NCBI GenBank assembly: GCA_964549305.1
Contig: CAZJVM010000039.1
Location: forward strand, 11,936 to 23,992
Length of the DNA stretch: 12,057 nucleotides
Direction: 5' to 3'
From: an uncultured bacterium
Lineage (GTDB): Bacteria > Schekmanbacteria > GWA2-38-11 > J061
The notes under the pieces were generated by a model. The model did no database searches. It was not told the origin of the DNA and was given only the letters and a program-made list of their open reading frames with translations. Position numbers and translations under genes: made by a program. Below are positions 1-7,824 of the stretch, piece after piece; the first letter of the stretch is position 1, and each line of letters opens with the position of its first letter.

Positions 1-241
1 ACCACTCGCACGGCGAAGAAAAACATTCCGATGAATGCGGATGCGGTCACGACCATTCGGCGCACAATCACGATGACCATGATCATGACCATTCGGAGAA
101 TGAAGAACACAGGCACGAGGCGCATTCACACGACGGCGGAAACGGAGAGGACCATTCACACGAAAGCCATGACCACGAACACGATGACCACTCGCACGGC
201 GAAGAAAAACATTCCGATGAATGCGGATGCGGTCACGACCA
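1..241 (+). repeat. Exact 55-bp direct repeat (1-55 and 187-241), period 186 bp = 62 codons
   Basis: accactcgcacggcgaagaaaaacattccgatgaatgcggatgcggtcacgacca occurs twice in frame and encodes the HSHGEEKHSDECGCGHDH unit. The first copy may extend left of the window. Confidence 0.95.
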
Positions 242-245
242 CTGA
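1..245 (+). CDS. 3' end (5'-truncated) of a protein with a His/Asp/Glu-rich metal-binding C-terminal tail; parent protein not visible (SlyD-like tail possible)
   Basis: Frame starting at nt 3 is open to TGA at 243-245: HSHGEEKHSDECGCGHDHSAHNHDDHDHDHSENEEHRHEAHSHDGGNGEDHSHESHDHEHDDHSHGEEKHSDECGCGHDH*. By hand count: 24 His, 26 Asp/Glu and 4 Cys in 80 aa. The listed 31..249 ORF is its off-frame shadow. Confidence 0.85.
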   Translation, partial: HSHGEEKHSDECGCGHDHSAHNHDDHDHDHSENEEHRHEAHSHDGGNGEDHSHESHDHEHDDHSHGEEKHSDECGCGHDH

Positions 246-370
246 GTAAAATATACAGGATTTTCCATATAAGTTCTTTTCTTCTAAACATATAAAATCT
301 CTGGATATGAAGCGTTAAGTCGGTTATAACTTTCCTTATATTTTTTTATCCAAAGGGTTAATCTTTTAAG

Positions 371-1567
371 ATGAGAGATGCGCAAAAAGATAAAGAACGG
401 TTAGGCGGTGCCGTTGACGTGCTTTCAAAAGAGCTTAAAGCTCTAAGCCGTAAAATACACGCGAACCCTGAAATGGGTTTTAAGGAAGAAAAGGCATCAA
501 AGTGGCTTTCCGAATATCTCGCCCGCAAGGGTTTTAAGGTAAAAAGAGGGGTATGCTCACTGCCTACGGCTTTTTCTGCTGTATCTGAAACCGGTGGAAA
601 AAAAAGGAAAAAACCTTCCGTTGCTTTCATCGCGGAATATGATTCTCTTCCCGGCATAGGGCACGGTTGCGGACATAACATCATAGGGCCGGCAAGCTGC
701 GGTGCTGCGGCATCCTTAAAATCATTTCTAAAGGAAAATAACATTGCTGCAAAGATTTCCGTCATAGGCACTCCTGCCGAAGAAGGCGGTGGCGGAAAGA
801 TAAAGATGATAGAGAATAATTTTTTCAGGGGAATCGACGCGGCGATGATGGTTCATCCCGATATTAAAACGAGAGTACACAGCGAGTTTCTTGCTAACAG
901 GCAGGTGAAGTTTCATTTCTACGGCAAGTCCGCGCATGCCGCGGCATCTCCCCACGAAGGAGTCAACGCGCTTGATGCGGTAATTCTCACATTTAACGCA
1001 ATCAACGCGCTTCGCCAGCAGTTGAAGGAAGATGTGAAGGTGCACGGCATTGTTACTGACGGCGGAGTGAAACCGAATATTATTCCCGATTATGCCTCCT
1101 GCTGGTTTTATGTAAGGACAAAGGAGAAAAAAACTTTGCCGTCGGTTTACAGAAAAATTTTAAACTGCGCGCGCTCCGCGGGAAAAGGCGCGGGCTGCAG
1201 AATTAAAATCGAAGAAGACCCGATAGTTTATTTTCCAATGAAGTACAATTATGCCCTTGAAGACATTTTCAGAGAGAATCTCAAAGTTATAAAGGAGCCG
1301 GAAAACCTTACGGATGTCAGGGGCACGGGGTCATCGGATATTGGAAATCTGAGCCAGATAGTTCCAACGATTCACCCCAACATAAAAATAGGTGAAGGGC
1401 TTTCGGGAATTCATACAGGTGAATTTCGCGATGCGGCAGTTTCGCCTTCAGGAGACAGGGGACTTTTAAAGGGGGCAAAGCTTCTTGCGATGACTGCCTA
1501 TGATATAATAGTATCACCTGAAAAACTCGCGGAAGTAAAATCAGATTTCAGAAAGAAAAGACAATAA
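371..1567 (+). CDS. M20D-family metallo-amidohydrolase (Acy1L2/PM20D2/AbgB-like)
   Basis: Motifs IHANPEMGFKE, EYDSLP-GHGCGHN, GTPAEEGGGGK, MMVHP, GKSAHAAASPHEGVNALDA, GSSDIGN and IHT. 398 aa. Confidence 0.92.
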   Translation: MRDAQKDKERLGGAVDVLSKELKALSRKIHANPEMGFKEEKASKWLSEYLARKGFKVKRGVCSLPTAFSAVSETGGKKRKKPSVAFIAEYDSLPGIGHGCGHNIIGPASCGAAASLKSFLKENNIAAKISVIGTPAEEGGGGKIKMIENNFFRGIDAAMMVHPDIKTRVHSEFLANRQVKFHFYGKSAHAAASPHEGVNALDAVILTFNAINALRQQLKEDVKVHGIVTDGGVKPNIIPDYASCWFYVRTKEKKTLPSVYRKILNCARSAGKGAGCRIKIEEDPIVYFPMKYNYALEDIFRENLKVIKEPENLTDVRGTGSSDIGNLSQIVPTIHPNIKIGEGLSGIHTGEFRDAAVSPSGDRGLLKGAKLLAMTAYDIIVSPEKLAEVKSDFRKKRQ

Positions 1568-1571
1568 TTAA

Positions 1572-2369
1572 TTGGATATAATACAGGCAATAATACTCGG
1601 TGCGGTGCAGGGTCTCGGCGAGTTTCTTCCCATTTCAAGCTCAGCGCATCTTGTGGTGATTCCGAAAATATTCAACTGGCAGGACCAGGGACTTGCCTTT
1701 GATGTTGCGCTTCATATGGGTACCCTTGTGGCAGTCCTCTGTTATTTCAGAAAAGAGATTTTCCGGATTATTGTGTCATTTTCAACGGGAATCATAAAAC
1801 TTTCTCCATTTGAAGAAGCGGATAGCCGTTTAGGTTGGTGCATCCTGTTAGGCACAGTACCGGGCGCAATCGCAGGGTATCTTCTTGAGGAAAAAGCGGC
1901 AACGGTTTTCAGGAATCCCTCTCTTGTGGCAGTTTCAATGATAACACTTGGCGTCGTACTTTTTTTTGCAGACAGAAAGTCATCATCTATTGTGACAGTT
2001 GATAAAATTTCATTCCTCCTTGCTTTTCTCATCGGACTTTCACAGGCGCTTGCAGTCATTCCCGGTGTCTCGCGCTCGGGGATAACAATTTCAACAGCGC
2101 TTCTTCTGAATATGAAAAGGGATGAAGCGGCAAGGTTTTCTTTTCTGCTTTCAATCCCCATTATTGCAGGTGCCGGTTTTCTCGAAGCAGGGGAACTTCT
2201 GAGGGCTGAATTTTCAACTGCCCTTCTGGCAGGCATTGTATCTGCCGGATTGTTCGGTTTCCTGAGCATCAAGTATCTTATTGCCTATGTAAAGGTGAGG
2301 ACATATTTGCCCTTTGTTATCTACAGGCTTATCTTCGGAATAGCAGTCCTTTCGTGGTTTTATTTTTAG
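1572..2369 (+). CDS. uppP: Undecaprenyl-diphosphate phosphatase (UppP/BacA)
   Basis: Signature motifs VQGLGEFLPISSSAH and PGVSRSGITI, plus AARFSFLLSIP and multiple TM segments. TTG start 4 bp after the M20 stop. Confidence 0.96.
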   Translation: MDIIQAIILGAVQGLGEFLPISSSAHLVVIPKIFNWQDQGLAFDVALHMGTLVAVLCYFRKEIFRIIVSFSTGIIKLSPFEEADSRLGWCILLGTVPGAIAGYLLEEKAATVFRNPSLVAVSMITLGVVLFFADRKSSSIVTVDKISFLLAFLIGLSQALAVIPGVSRSGITISTALLLNMKRDEAARFSFLLSIPIIAGAGFLEAGELLRAEFSTALLAGIVSAGLFGFLSIKYLIAYVKVRTYLPFVIYRLIFGIAVLSWFYF

Positions 2370-2496
2370 AATGTTGCCATATCTGTGGGCTTAATTCCTG
2401 ACCTTTTTAATAATAATTATGTTTTATCTATTTCCGCAGTGTGATTTGAGCAAGGATATTTATTCAAACCTTCATAATTAATCAATGCCTTAGCAG

Positions 2497-2513
2497 GTTT
2501 TATCAATATTCCG
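2497..2513. repeat. 17-bp intergenic motif GTTTTATCAATATTCCG, copy 1
   Basis: Identical to 5419-5435. A degenerate copy lies at 2421-2436. Confidence 0.85.
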
Positions 2514-2568
2514 CCTTGAGACGGGAGCTTTGAGAAAAAGTTTCAAAACAGGGCGATATATATCTTTA

Positions 2569-2574
2569 TTGACA
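2569..2574 (+). promoter_or_regulatory. Possible sigma70 -35 element upstream of cysK
   Basis: Perfect TTGACA, but the best -10 candidate (TATTAA, 2590-2595) is only 15 bp downstream. Confidence 0.4.
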
Positions 2575-2645
2575 AAATATTAATTTTTGTATTAAAGAAA
2601 CCTTAGCAGAATAATAATATATAGAAAAACATTACGGAGGTACAA

Positions 2646-3590
2646 ATGGAAAATATCAAGGGAAATATGTCTGAACTGGTTGGAAATACTCCTCTCGTAC
2701 GCCTTTCAAGGGTTGCGGAGAATGTTGAAGGCGAAGTTCTTTTGAAACTCGAAGCATTTAATCCCTTCTGCAGTGTTAAGGACCGAATAGGTGTAAGTAT
2801 GATAGAGGCAGGCGAAAAGGCGGGGTTGATTGATGCCGATACGGTAATTGTCGAGGGCACGAGCGGAAATACAGGAATAGGACTTGCTTTTGTCTGCGCG
2901 GCAAAGGGGTATAAACTCATTCTTACAATGCCCGATTCGATGTCAATTGAGAGAAGAATGCTCCTTAAAGCCCTTGGCGCTGAAATCGTTTTGACTCCGG
3001 GCGCGGAAGGTATGAAGCGGGCAGTATCCGAAGCTGAGGAAATTGCGGCAAAACAGAAAAAATCCTTCATCCCGAGACAATTCGACAATCCCGCAAACCC
3101 CGATATTCATTACAGGACCACGGGGCCAGAAATCTGGAAGGATACCGACGGAAAGGTTGATATTCTTGTTTCCGGAGTAGGCACCGGCGGCACTCTTACC
3201 GGTACGGGAAGATTTCTCAAGGAGAAGAAATCAGATATTTACATTGTTGCAGTTGAGCCCGAAACTTCACCTGTCCTGTCCGGAGGAAATCCGGGTCCCC
3301 ACAAAATTCAGGGAATAGGCGCTGGATTTGTGCCTGAGATACTTGATACAAAAATTTATAATGAGGTTATTAAAACATCACTCAAGGACGCTGTGGAAAC
3401 TTCACGCTCACTTGCGAAAAAGGAAGGCATTTTCGTGGGAATTTCGTCAGGTGCGATTGCCTTTGCCGCGATTGAGATTGCAAGAAGGAAGGAAAACAAG
3501 GGCAAGCGTGTTGTGGCGATACTGCCCGATTTCGGAGAAAGATATCTTTCCACCTTTCTTTTCAGAGAAGACGAACCCCTGCCGGTTTAA
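2646..3590 (+). CDS. cysK: Cysteine synthase A (O-acetylserine sulfhydrylase, PLP-dependent)
   Basis: [18 protein letters not shown] (PLP lysine), [23 protein letters not shown] and GERYLST. RBS GGAGG at 2636-2640. Confidence 0.96.
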   Translation: MENIKGNMSELVGNTPLVRLSRVAENVEGEVLLKLEAFNPFCSVKDRIGVSMIEAGEKAGLIDADTVIVEGTSGNTGIGLAFVCAAKGYKLILTMPDSMSIERRMLLKALGAEIVLTPGAEGMKRAVSEAEEIAAKQKKSFIPRQFDNPANPDIHYRTTGPEIWKDTDGKVDILVSGVGTGGTLTGTGRFLKEKKSDIYIVAVEPETSPVLSGGNPGPHKIQGIGAGFVPEILDTKIYNEVIKTSLKDAVETSRSLAKKEGIFVGISSGAIAFAAIEIARRKENKGKRVVAILPDFGERYLSTFLFREDEPLPV

Positions 3591-3647
3591 TGATGGGATA
3601 AGAAAATTTATATTGTGAGATAAACTTTAAAAATCGGAGACAGAGCA

Positions 3648-4532
3648 ATGGTGCTTAAAAAATTAAAGCTTGATAAAACCATACAGGAGAAAAAAGCTTT
3701 AAGATATATAGAGGTTGAGGGAAAGATTCAGAAAATCTACGACACATTTCTTTCAGAGCTCGAAACGAGAATATCGAAAAAGAAGGAAAAACCGTCTGTT
3801 ATATGCCGTGATACGCTTATAAAGCTATATCTCGGAGAAGACAGAAGCTATGAGGAAATCATAAACGACAAGAAACAACCGCTTGCTGTGAAAGCTCTTG
3901 TTTCAAACTTTGACCCGGCTAATGTTACCCTCGAACCCGAATATTACGACAACATTGATATTAAAAAATTTTTAAAAATAAAGCCCTATATCTGGCTTTG
4001 GACTATGTTTGACCGTTCTCCCGCGGGAAGAAACTGCCACATAGGATTTCCACTGAGAAGACTCCTTGCTTCGAAAATATTTAAAAAATGCGGGAAAAAT
4101 CTTAAGATTTTTCACGATGTGGAGTTTTCATTCGGATACAATCTATCCGTGGGAGATGATGTGGTAATACATCGAAAAGTGCTTCTCGATGACAGGGGTG
4201 AAATTATAATAGGAAACGGCGCGTCCATTTCCGATTATGTGAATATCTATTCACACTCCCATTCCATCCTCAATCAGGGAGATGTGTCAATGGATAAAAC
4301 AGTCATCGAAGACGGGGTGCGACTGACCTATCATTCCACTGTACTTTCAGGGGTAACGGTCGGAAGAGAAGCGATGGTTGGCGCATTGTCACTGGTAACG
4401 CGCGATGTGAGAAACTATCACATAAATGTGGGAATTCCGGCAAAGAGTGTTCGGGTAAAGGCGGGAGTTTGCGCGGAGATATGCACCGATCAAACCTGTA
4501 AGATTAAACAAAAGCCTCATCCCAAACATTAG
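3648..4532 (+). CDS. Hexapeptide-repeat (left-handed beta-helix) acyltransferase with a long N-terminal extension
   Basis: LbH repeats (LSVGDDVVIH, IIIGNGASIS, TVIEDGVRL, VTVGREAMVG), YSHSH loop, VTRDV and VGIPAK, typical of maltose/galactoside/WcaF-type O-acetyltransferases. RBS GGAGA at 3636-3640. Confidence 0.85.
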   Translation: MVLKKLKLDKTIQEKKALRYIEVEGKIQKIYDTFLSELETRISKKKEKPSVICRDTLIKLYLGEDRSYEEIINDKKQPLAVKALVSNFDPANVTLEPEYYDNIDIKKFLKIKPYIWLWTMFDRSPAGRNCHIGFPLRRLLASKIFKKCGKNLKIFHDVEFSFGYNLSVGDDVVIHRKVLLDDRGEIIIGNGASISDYVNIYSHSHSILNQGDVSMDKTVIEDGVRLTYHSTVLSGVTVGREAMVGALSLVTRDVRNYHINVGIPAKSVRVKAGVCAEICTDQTCKIKQKPHPKH

Positions 4533-4580
4533 AAGAAAATAAAATATTTCACTAAGTGAATACGACGCGGGAAAAATCTT

Positions 4581-5252
4581 TCAGATTACCATAGCCGCAG
4601 GTTCTTCTTCTTCGGCGACCTTCTGCTCGTAAAAATTCTTTATTATTTTAATCACTTCCGCGGGATTGTCCGTGATATGGACAAGGTCAAGGTCTTCCTC
4701 TTCGATGGTTTTTTCAGCAAGCATATTGTTTTTTATCCATCTGAAAAGCCCTGACCAGAATTTTTTTCCCATAAGTATTACGGGAAAATGGGAAATTTTA
4801 CCTGTCTGAATTAGTGTAAGAGCTTCGAATGCCTCATCAAGGGTTCCGAATCCGCCGGGAAATATTATGTAACCTATGGCATATTTGACAAACATAACCT
4901 TGCGCGCGAAAAAGTGGTCAAAATCAAGCTTCATCTGTGAATATTTATTCGGCACCTGCTCAAAGGGAAGGTTTATGTTAAGCCCTACGGAAGTGCCTTG
5001 TCCTTTTTTTGCCCCCCTGTTGCCTGCTTCCATAATGCCGGGTCCTCCTCCCGTTATTATGGAAAACCCCTCTTTTGAAAGGGATTCGGTAACATCAACT
5101 GCGAGTTTGTAATATTTACTGCCCTTTTTTATTCTTGCTCCTCCGAATACGGAAACGGCAGGGCCTATTTTCGAAAGTTTTTCAAAACCCTCGACGAATT
5201 CACCCATTATCTTGAACACCATCCAAAGATCGTTTGTCCTCACTTCCTGCAT
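4581..5252 (-). CDS. LOG-family (TIGR00730-like) nucleotide phosphoribohydrolase
   Basis: Motifs TGGGPGIMEA, FFARKVMFVKY and PGGFGTLDE. RBS AAGGAGG on the minus strand at 5258-5264. Confidence 0.92.
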   Translation of the reverse strand: MQEVRTNDLWMVFKIMGEFVEGFEKLSKIGPAVSVFGGARIKKGSKYYKLAVDVTESLSKEGFSIITGGGPGIMEAGNRGAKKGQGTSVGLNINLPFEQVPNKYSQMKLDFDHFFARKVMFVKYAIGYIIFPGGFGTLDEAFEALTLIQTGKISHFPVILMGKKFWSGLFRWIKNNMLAEKTIEEEDLDLVHITDNPAEVIKIIKNFYEQKVAEEEEPAAMVI

Positions 5253-5418
5253 TTTTGCCTCCTTTATCGAATATTAGAAACTGATAAATTGTTAAATCGT
5301 CAAAACAGAAATAATTATTTGGATAATTTGCGGTGAAGTAAAGGGTTATTTAAACTGAATCATTTTTTATAATGTGGTGACATCCAATAAAATCAAAATG
5401 TTAAACTGTATCAAATCT

Positions 5419-5435
5419 GTTTTATCAATATTCCG
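5419..5435. repeat. 17-bp intergenic motif GTTTTATCAATATTCCG, copy 2
   Basis: Identical to 2497-2513. Lies in the LOG/pilM divergent region. Confidence 0.85.
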
Positions 5436-5556
5436 GACAGCAATGATATTAGAGATAGATATTTTTTTCAATAACTCAGAAGGCACAGGTAAGATTTTTT
5501 TTAAGATTTTGCCGATTATTGTTAAAGGTTTTTATTCCTTTATCGTTTAAAGATTC

Positions 5557-5586
5557 TTGACACACTTTAAATATAAGCAATATAAT
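5557..5586 (+). promoter_or_regulatory. Sigma70-type promoter of the pil operon
   Basis: Exact TTGACA (5557-5562), 18-bp spacer, exact TATAAT (5581-5586). Ends 29 bp before the pilM ATG. Confidence 0.85.
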
Positions 5587-5615
5587 CAGGCAAATATAGT
5601 GTAAAAGGTGAAACT

Positions 5616-6671
5616 ATGCTTTACATGTCGAAAAAGCTCATAGGGGTGGATTTTGGGTCAAGTGCGATTAAGGTCTTTAAACTTAAAGACACAAGCAAGG
5701 GCGTAGTCCTTGAAAAGTTCGCATACAGGACTCTTATTGCCGATGCAATCGTTGACGGTGCAGTAATGGATTCCATTTCCGTACAGGAAACGGTAAAAGA
5801 ACTGGTGGACGATATCAAGATAAAAAACCTCAATGTATCCACTGCGGTTTCAGGCCATTCGGTTATAGTGAAAAACATTACAATGAACAATATGCCCAAG
5901 GAAGAGTTGAAGGAAACGATACTCCTTGAAGCGGAGCAATATATCCCCTTCGATGTTGATGAAGTTTATATAGATTTCCATATCATCGGGCCCGATGAAA
6001 AAGATGAAAGCTTAATGAATGTAATCCTCGTTGCCGCAAAGAAAGATCAGGTCGATGAATACTCGAATATCCTCAATAACTGCAATCTGAAGCCGGTGCT
6101 TGTCGATATCGATTCGTTTGCCGTTGAAAACTGCTATGAAATGAATTATGAGGATGACCCTGAAAAAATAGTTGCCCTCGTGAACCTCGGTGCATCGAAA
6201 ATCAACATAAGTATTCTAAAAAATCGCGTTCCCGTTTTCGTAAGGGATATAAACCTCGGAGGGAAAAATTATACCGAGGCGATTCAGAAGGAATTGCAGG
6301 TAGAATTTGACAAGGCGGAACGGCTTAAAACGGGGCAGGAAGACAATGGCACAAAGAGCAGTGAAATAAAAATGATAATTGACGGCGTTTCCGAAGAAGT
6401 TTGCCAGGAGGTTATCCGTTCGATGGATTTCTTTAGGAACACTTCGGGACTCGGAGAGGTCAACAAGGTGTATCTGAGCGGCGGTTGCGCGAAAATTGAG
6501 GGAATAGACGAATTTTTCCACGAAAGGTCACAGATTGAAGTCGAGATAATGAATCCATTCAAGAATATAAAAATATCTAAGGATGTGGATATCGCACAAT
6601 TGAATGAAATCGCGCCCCTTGCCGCTGTGGGCGTGGGGCTGGCAATGAGAAAAGTGGGAGACAATCAGTGA
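5616..6671 (+). CDS. pilM: Type IV pilus assembly protein PilM (FtsA/actin-like)
   Basis: IGVDFGSSAIK, EAEQYIPF, LVAAKK, VNLGAS, YLSGGCAK, NPF and AVGVGLAMR. First gene of the MNOPQ block. Alternative start at 5625. Confidence 0.95.
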   Translation: MLYMSKKLIGVDFGSSAIKVFKLKDTSKGVVLEKFAYRTLIADAIVDGAVMDSISVQETVKELVDDIKIKNLNVSTAVSGHSVIVKNITMNNMPKEELKETILLEAEQYIPFDVDEVYIDFHIIGPDEKDESLMNVILVAAKKDQVDEYSNILNNCNLKPVLVDIDSFAVENCYEMNYEDDPEKIVALVNLGASKINISILKNRVPVFVRDINLGGKNYTEAIQKELQVEFDKAERLKTGQEDNGTKSSEIKMIIDGVSEEVCQEVIRSMDFFRNTSGLGEVNKVYLSGGCAKIEGIDEFFHERSQIEVEIMNPFKNIKISKDVDIAQLNEIAPLAAVGVGLAMRKVGDNQ

Positions 6672-7240
6672 TTAAAATAAATCTGCTCCCAATCGAAGGA
6701 GAGATTAAACAGGCGCAGGCAACTCAGGAAGTCGTTATCTTCTTTGCCACCGTACTCGTTTCGGTAATGGTGCTGTTTTTCCATAACTCATCCCTTAATG
6801 CCGAACTCGGCAAAACGAGAAAAGATGTCCTTGACCTTCAGGATAAAATCAACTCAATGAAAGATGTGGAAACACTTCATAAAACTATTCAGGATAAAAA
6901 AACGGCCATAGCGGCAAAACTCGATGCTGTTAAAAAAGTCACGGATTCTCAGGTAACTTTTATAAGGCATATCGATGAGATGCAGAAGATTATCCCCTCC
7001 GGCATATGGATTGAAAAAATAGGCTTTACGGGAAGCTCATCGAACTTTGAATGTAAAGCGTCATCATATTATGAAATCTCAGATTTTTATAAACGTCTCA
7101 AGTCTTCCGGATATTTTACGGTGGGTGCGTTTCCTTCTATTTCCGAAGCGGCGCCTGAAGGAGGAGTTTCCGTTTATAAATTCAAGATCAATTCAAATCT
7201 CAAGGACCTAACCATTAAAACAAAGCAGGCGGGGAAATAA
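6668..7240 (+). CDS. pilN: Type IV pilus assembly protein PilN
   Basis: N-terminal INLLP PilM-binding motif, one TM helix, coiled coil and IPSGIWI. GTG start overlaps the pilM TGA (GTGA). Confidence 0.92.
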   Translation: MIKINLLPIEGEIKQAQATQEVVIFFATVLVSVMVLFFHNSSLNAELGKTRKDVLDLQDKINSMKDVETLHKTIQDKKTAIAAKLDAVKKVTDSQVTFIRHIDEMQKIIPSGIWIEKIGFTGSSSNFECKASSYYEISDFYKRLKSSGYFTVGAFPSISEAAPEGGVSVYKFKINSNLKDLTIKTKQAGK

Positions 7241-7241
7241 A

Positions 7242-7811
7242 ATGGCAGTAGAGCTGAAACTTGATTTTATGTATGTAATGCCCAAATGGCAGAAATACGC
7301 CATTTTAGGCGGCACCATATTGGCTATTATTCTTGTCTATTATTTTTATTTCTTCAGCCCCACCAGTACTTCCATCGAGCTTGCAGTGCAGGAGAAGGAC
7401 AAGCTCGGCACGAAGCTTGAAACCATAACGAGAATGAAGGGAGAAATTGAAAAATTCAAAGCCGAAGAACAAACACTTCTCGCGCAATACAAGCTTCAGG
7501 CGGACATTCTTCCTCCCTCGAGCGAACTTCCGAGTCTTCTTAATTCTGTCGTTGACCTTGGGAAATCCTTCAAAGTGAGCCTGAAATCTTTTACTCCCGG
7601 AATTCTTACAAAGGGTCCCTATTACAGTGAAATGAAGATAGCCTTGAATATTGAAGGCACATACAGAAATATTGCGCTTTTTCTCGATAATATAAGAAGA
7701 ATGAAGAGAATCGTGAACCTTGAAAATCTATCCTTGTCGGAACCTTCGCTTACCGATGAGGGAATGTATCTCAAGGGAAGTTTGAGTTTAAAGATTTTTT
7801 CGAGACCCTGA
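7242..7811 (+). CDS. pilO: Type IV pilus assembly protein PilO
   Basis: N-terminal TM helix, coiled coil, LPPSSELPSLL and GTYRNIALFLDNIRRMKRIVN. Position in the operon. Confidence 0.92.
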   Translation: MAVELKLDFMYVMPKWQKYAILGGTILAIILVYYFYFFSPTSTSIELAVQEKDKLGTKLETITRMKGEIEKFKAEEQTLLAQYKLQADILPPSSELPSLLNSVVDLGKSFKVSLKSFTPGILTKGPYYSEMKIALNIEGTYRNIALFLDNIRRMKRIVNLENLSLSEPSLTDEGMYLKGSLSLKIFSRP

Positions 7812-7824
7812 GTGAAATGATTTT

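Noticed and set aside
1-241. 55-bp repeat as a CRISPR array
   Set aside because: Only two copies, with a 131-bp in-frame coding interval. The unit is too long and there are no cas genes.
31-249. 72-aa Thr/Met-rich ORF in the track
   Set aside because: Off-frame shadow of the His-rich coding frame: CAC/GAC/CAT/GAT codons read in a shifted frame give Thr/Met/Ile.
302-330. TGGATA-N17-TATAAC promoter for the M20 gene
   Set aside because: Three mismatches to consensus in AT-rich DNA; plausible but not supportable.
346-354. DnaA-box-like TTATCCAAA (also reversed at 5318-5326)
   Set aside because: Isolated one-mismatch boxes with no cluster and no oriC-associated genes.
2370-2645. Riboswitch or T-box upstream of cysK
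   Set aside because: No SAM-I or T-box consensus elements and no terminator hairpin that I can see. An Rfam cmscan would settle it.
4548-4560. TTCACT-A-AGTGAA as a bidirectional terminator between convergent genes
   Set aside because: Short AT-rich stem, too weak for an intrinsic terminator.
5281-5298. dif/XerD-like arm (TGTTAAAT)
   Set aside because: Incomplete XerD arm with no XerC arm at the correct spacing.
5253-5615. Sigma54 promoter or c-di-GMP riboswitch upstream of pilM
   Set aside because: No TGGCAC-N5-TTGC with correct spacing and no GEMM motif structure found.
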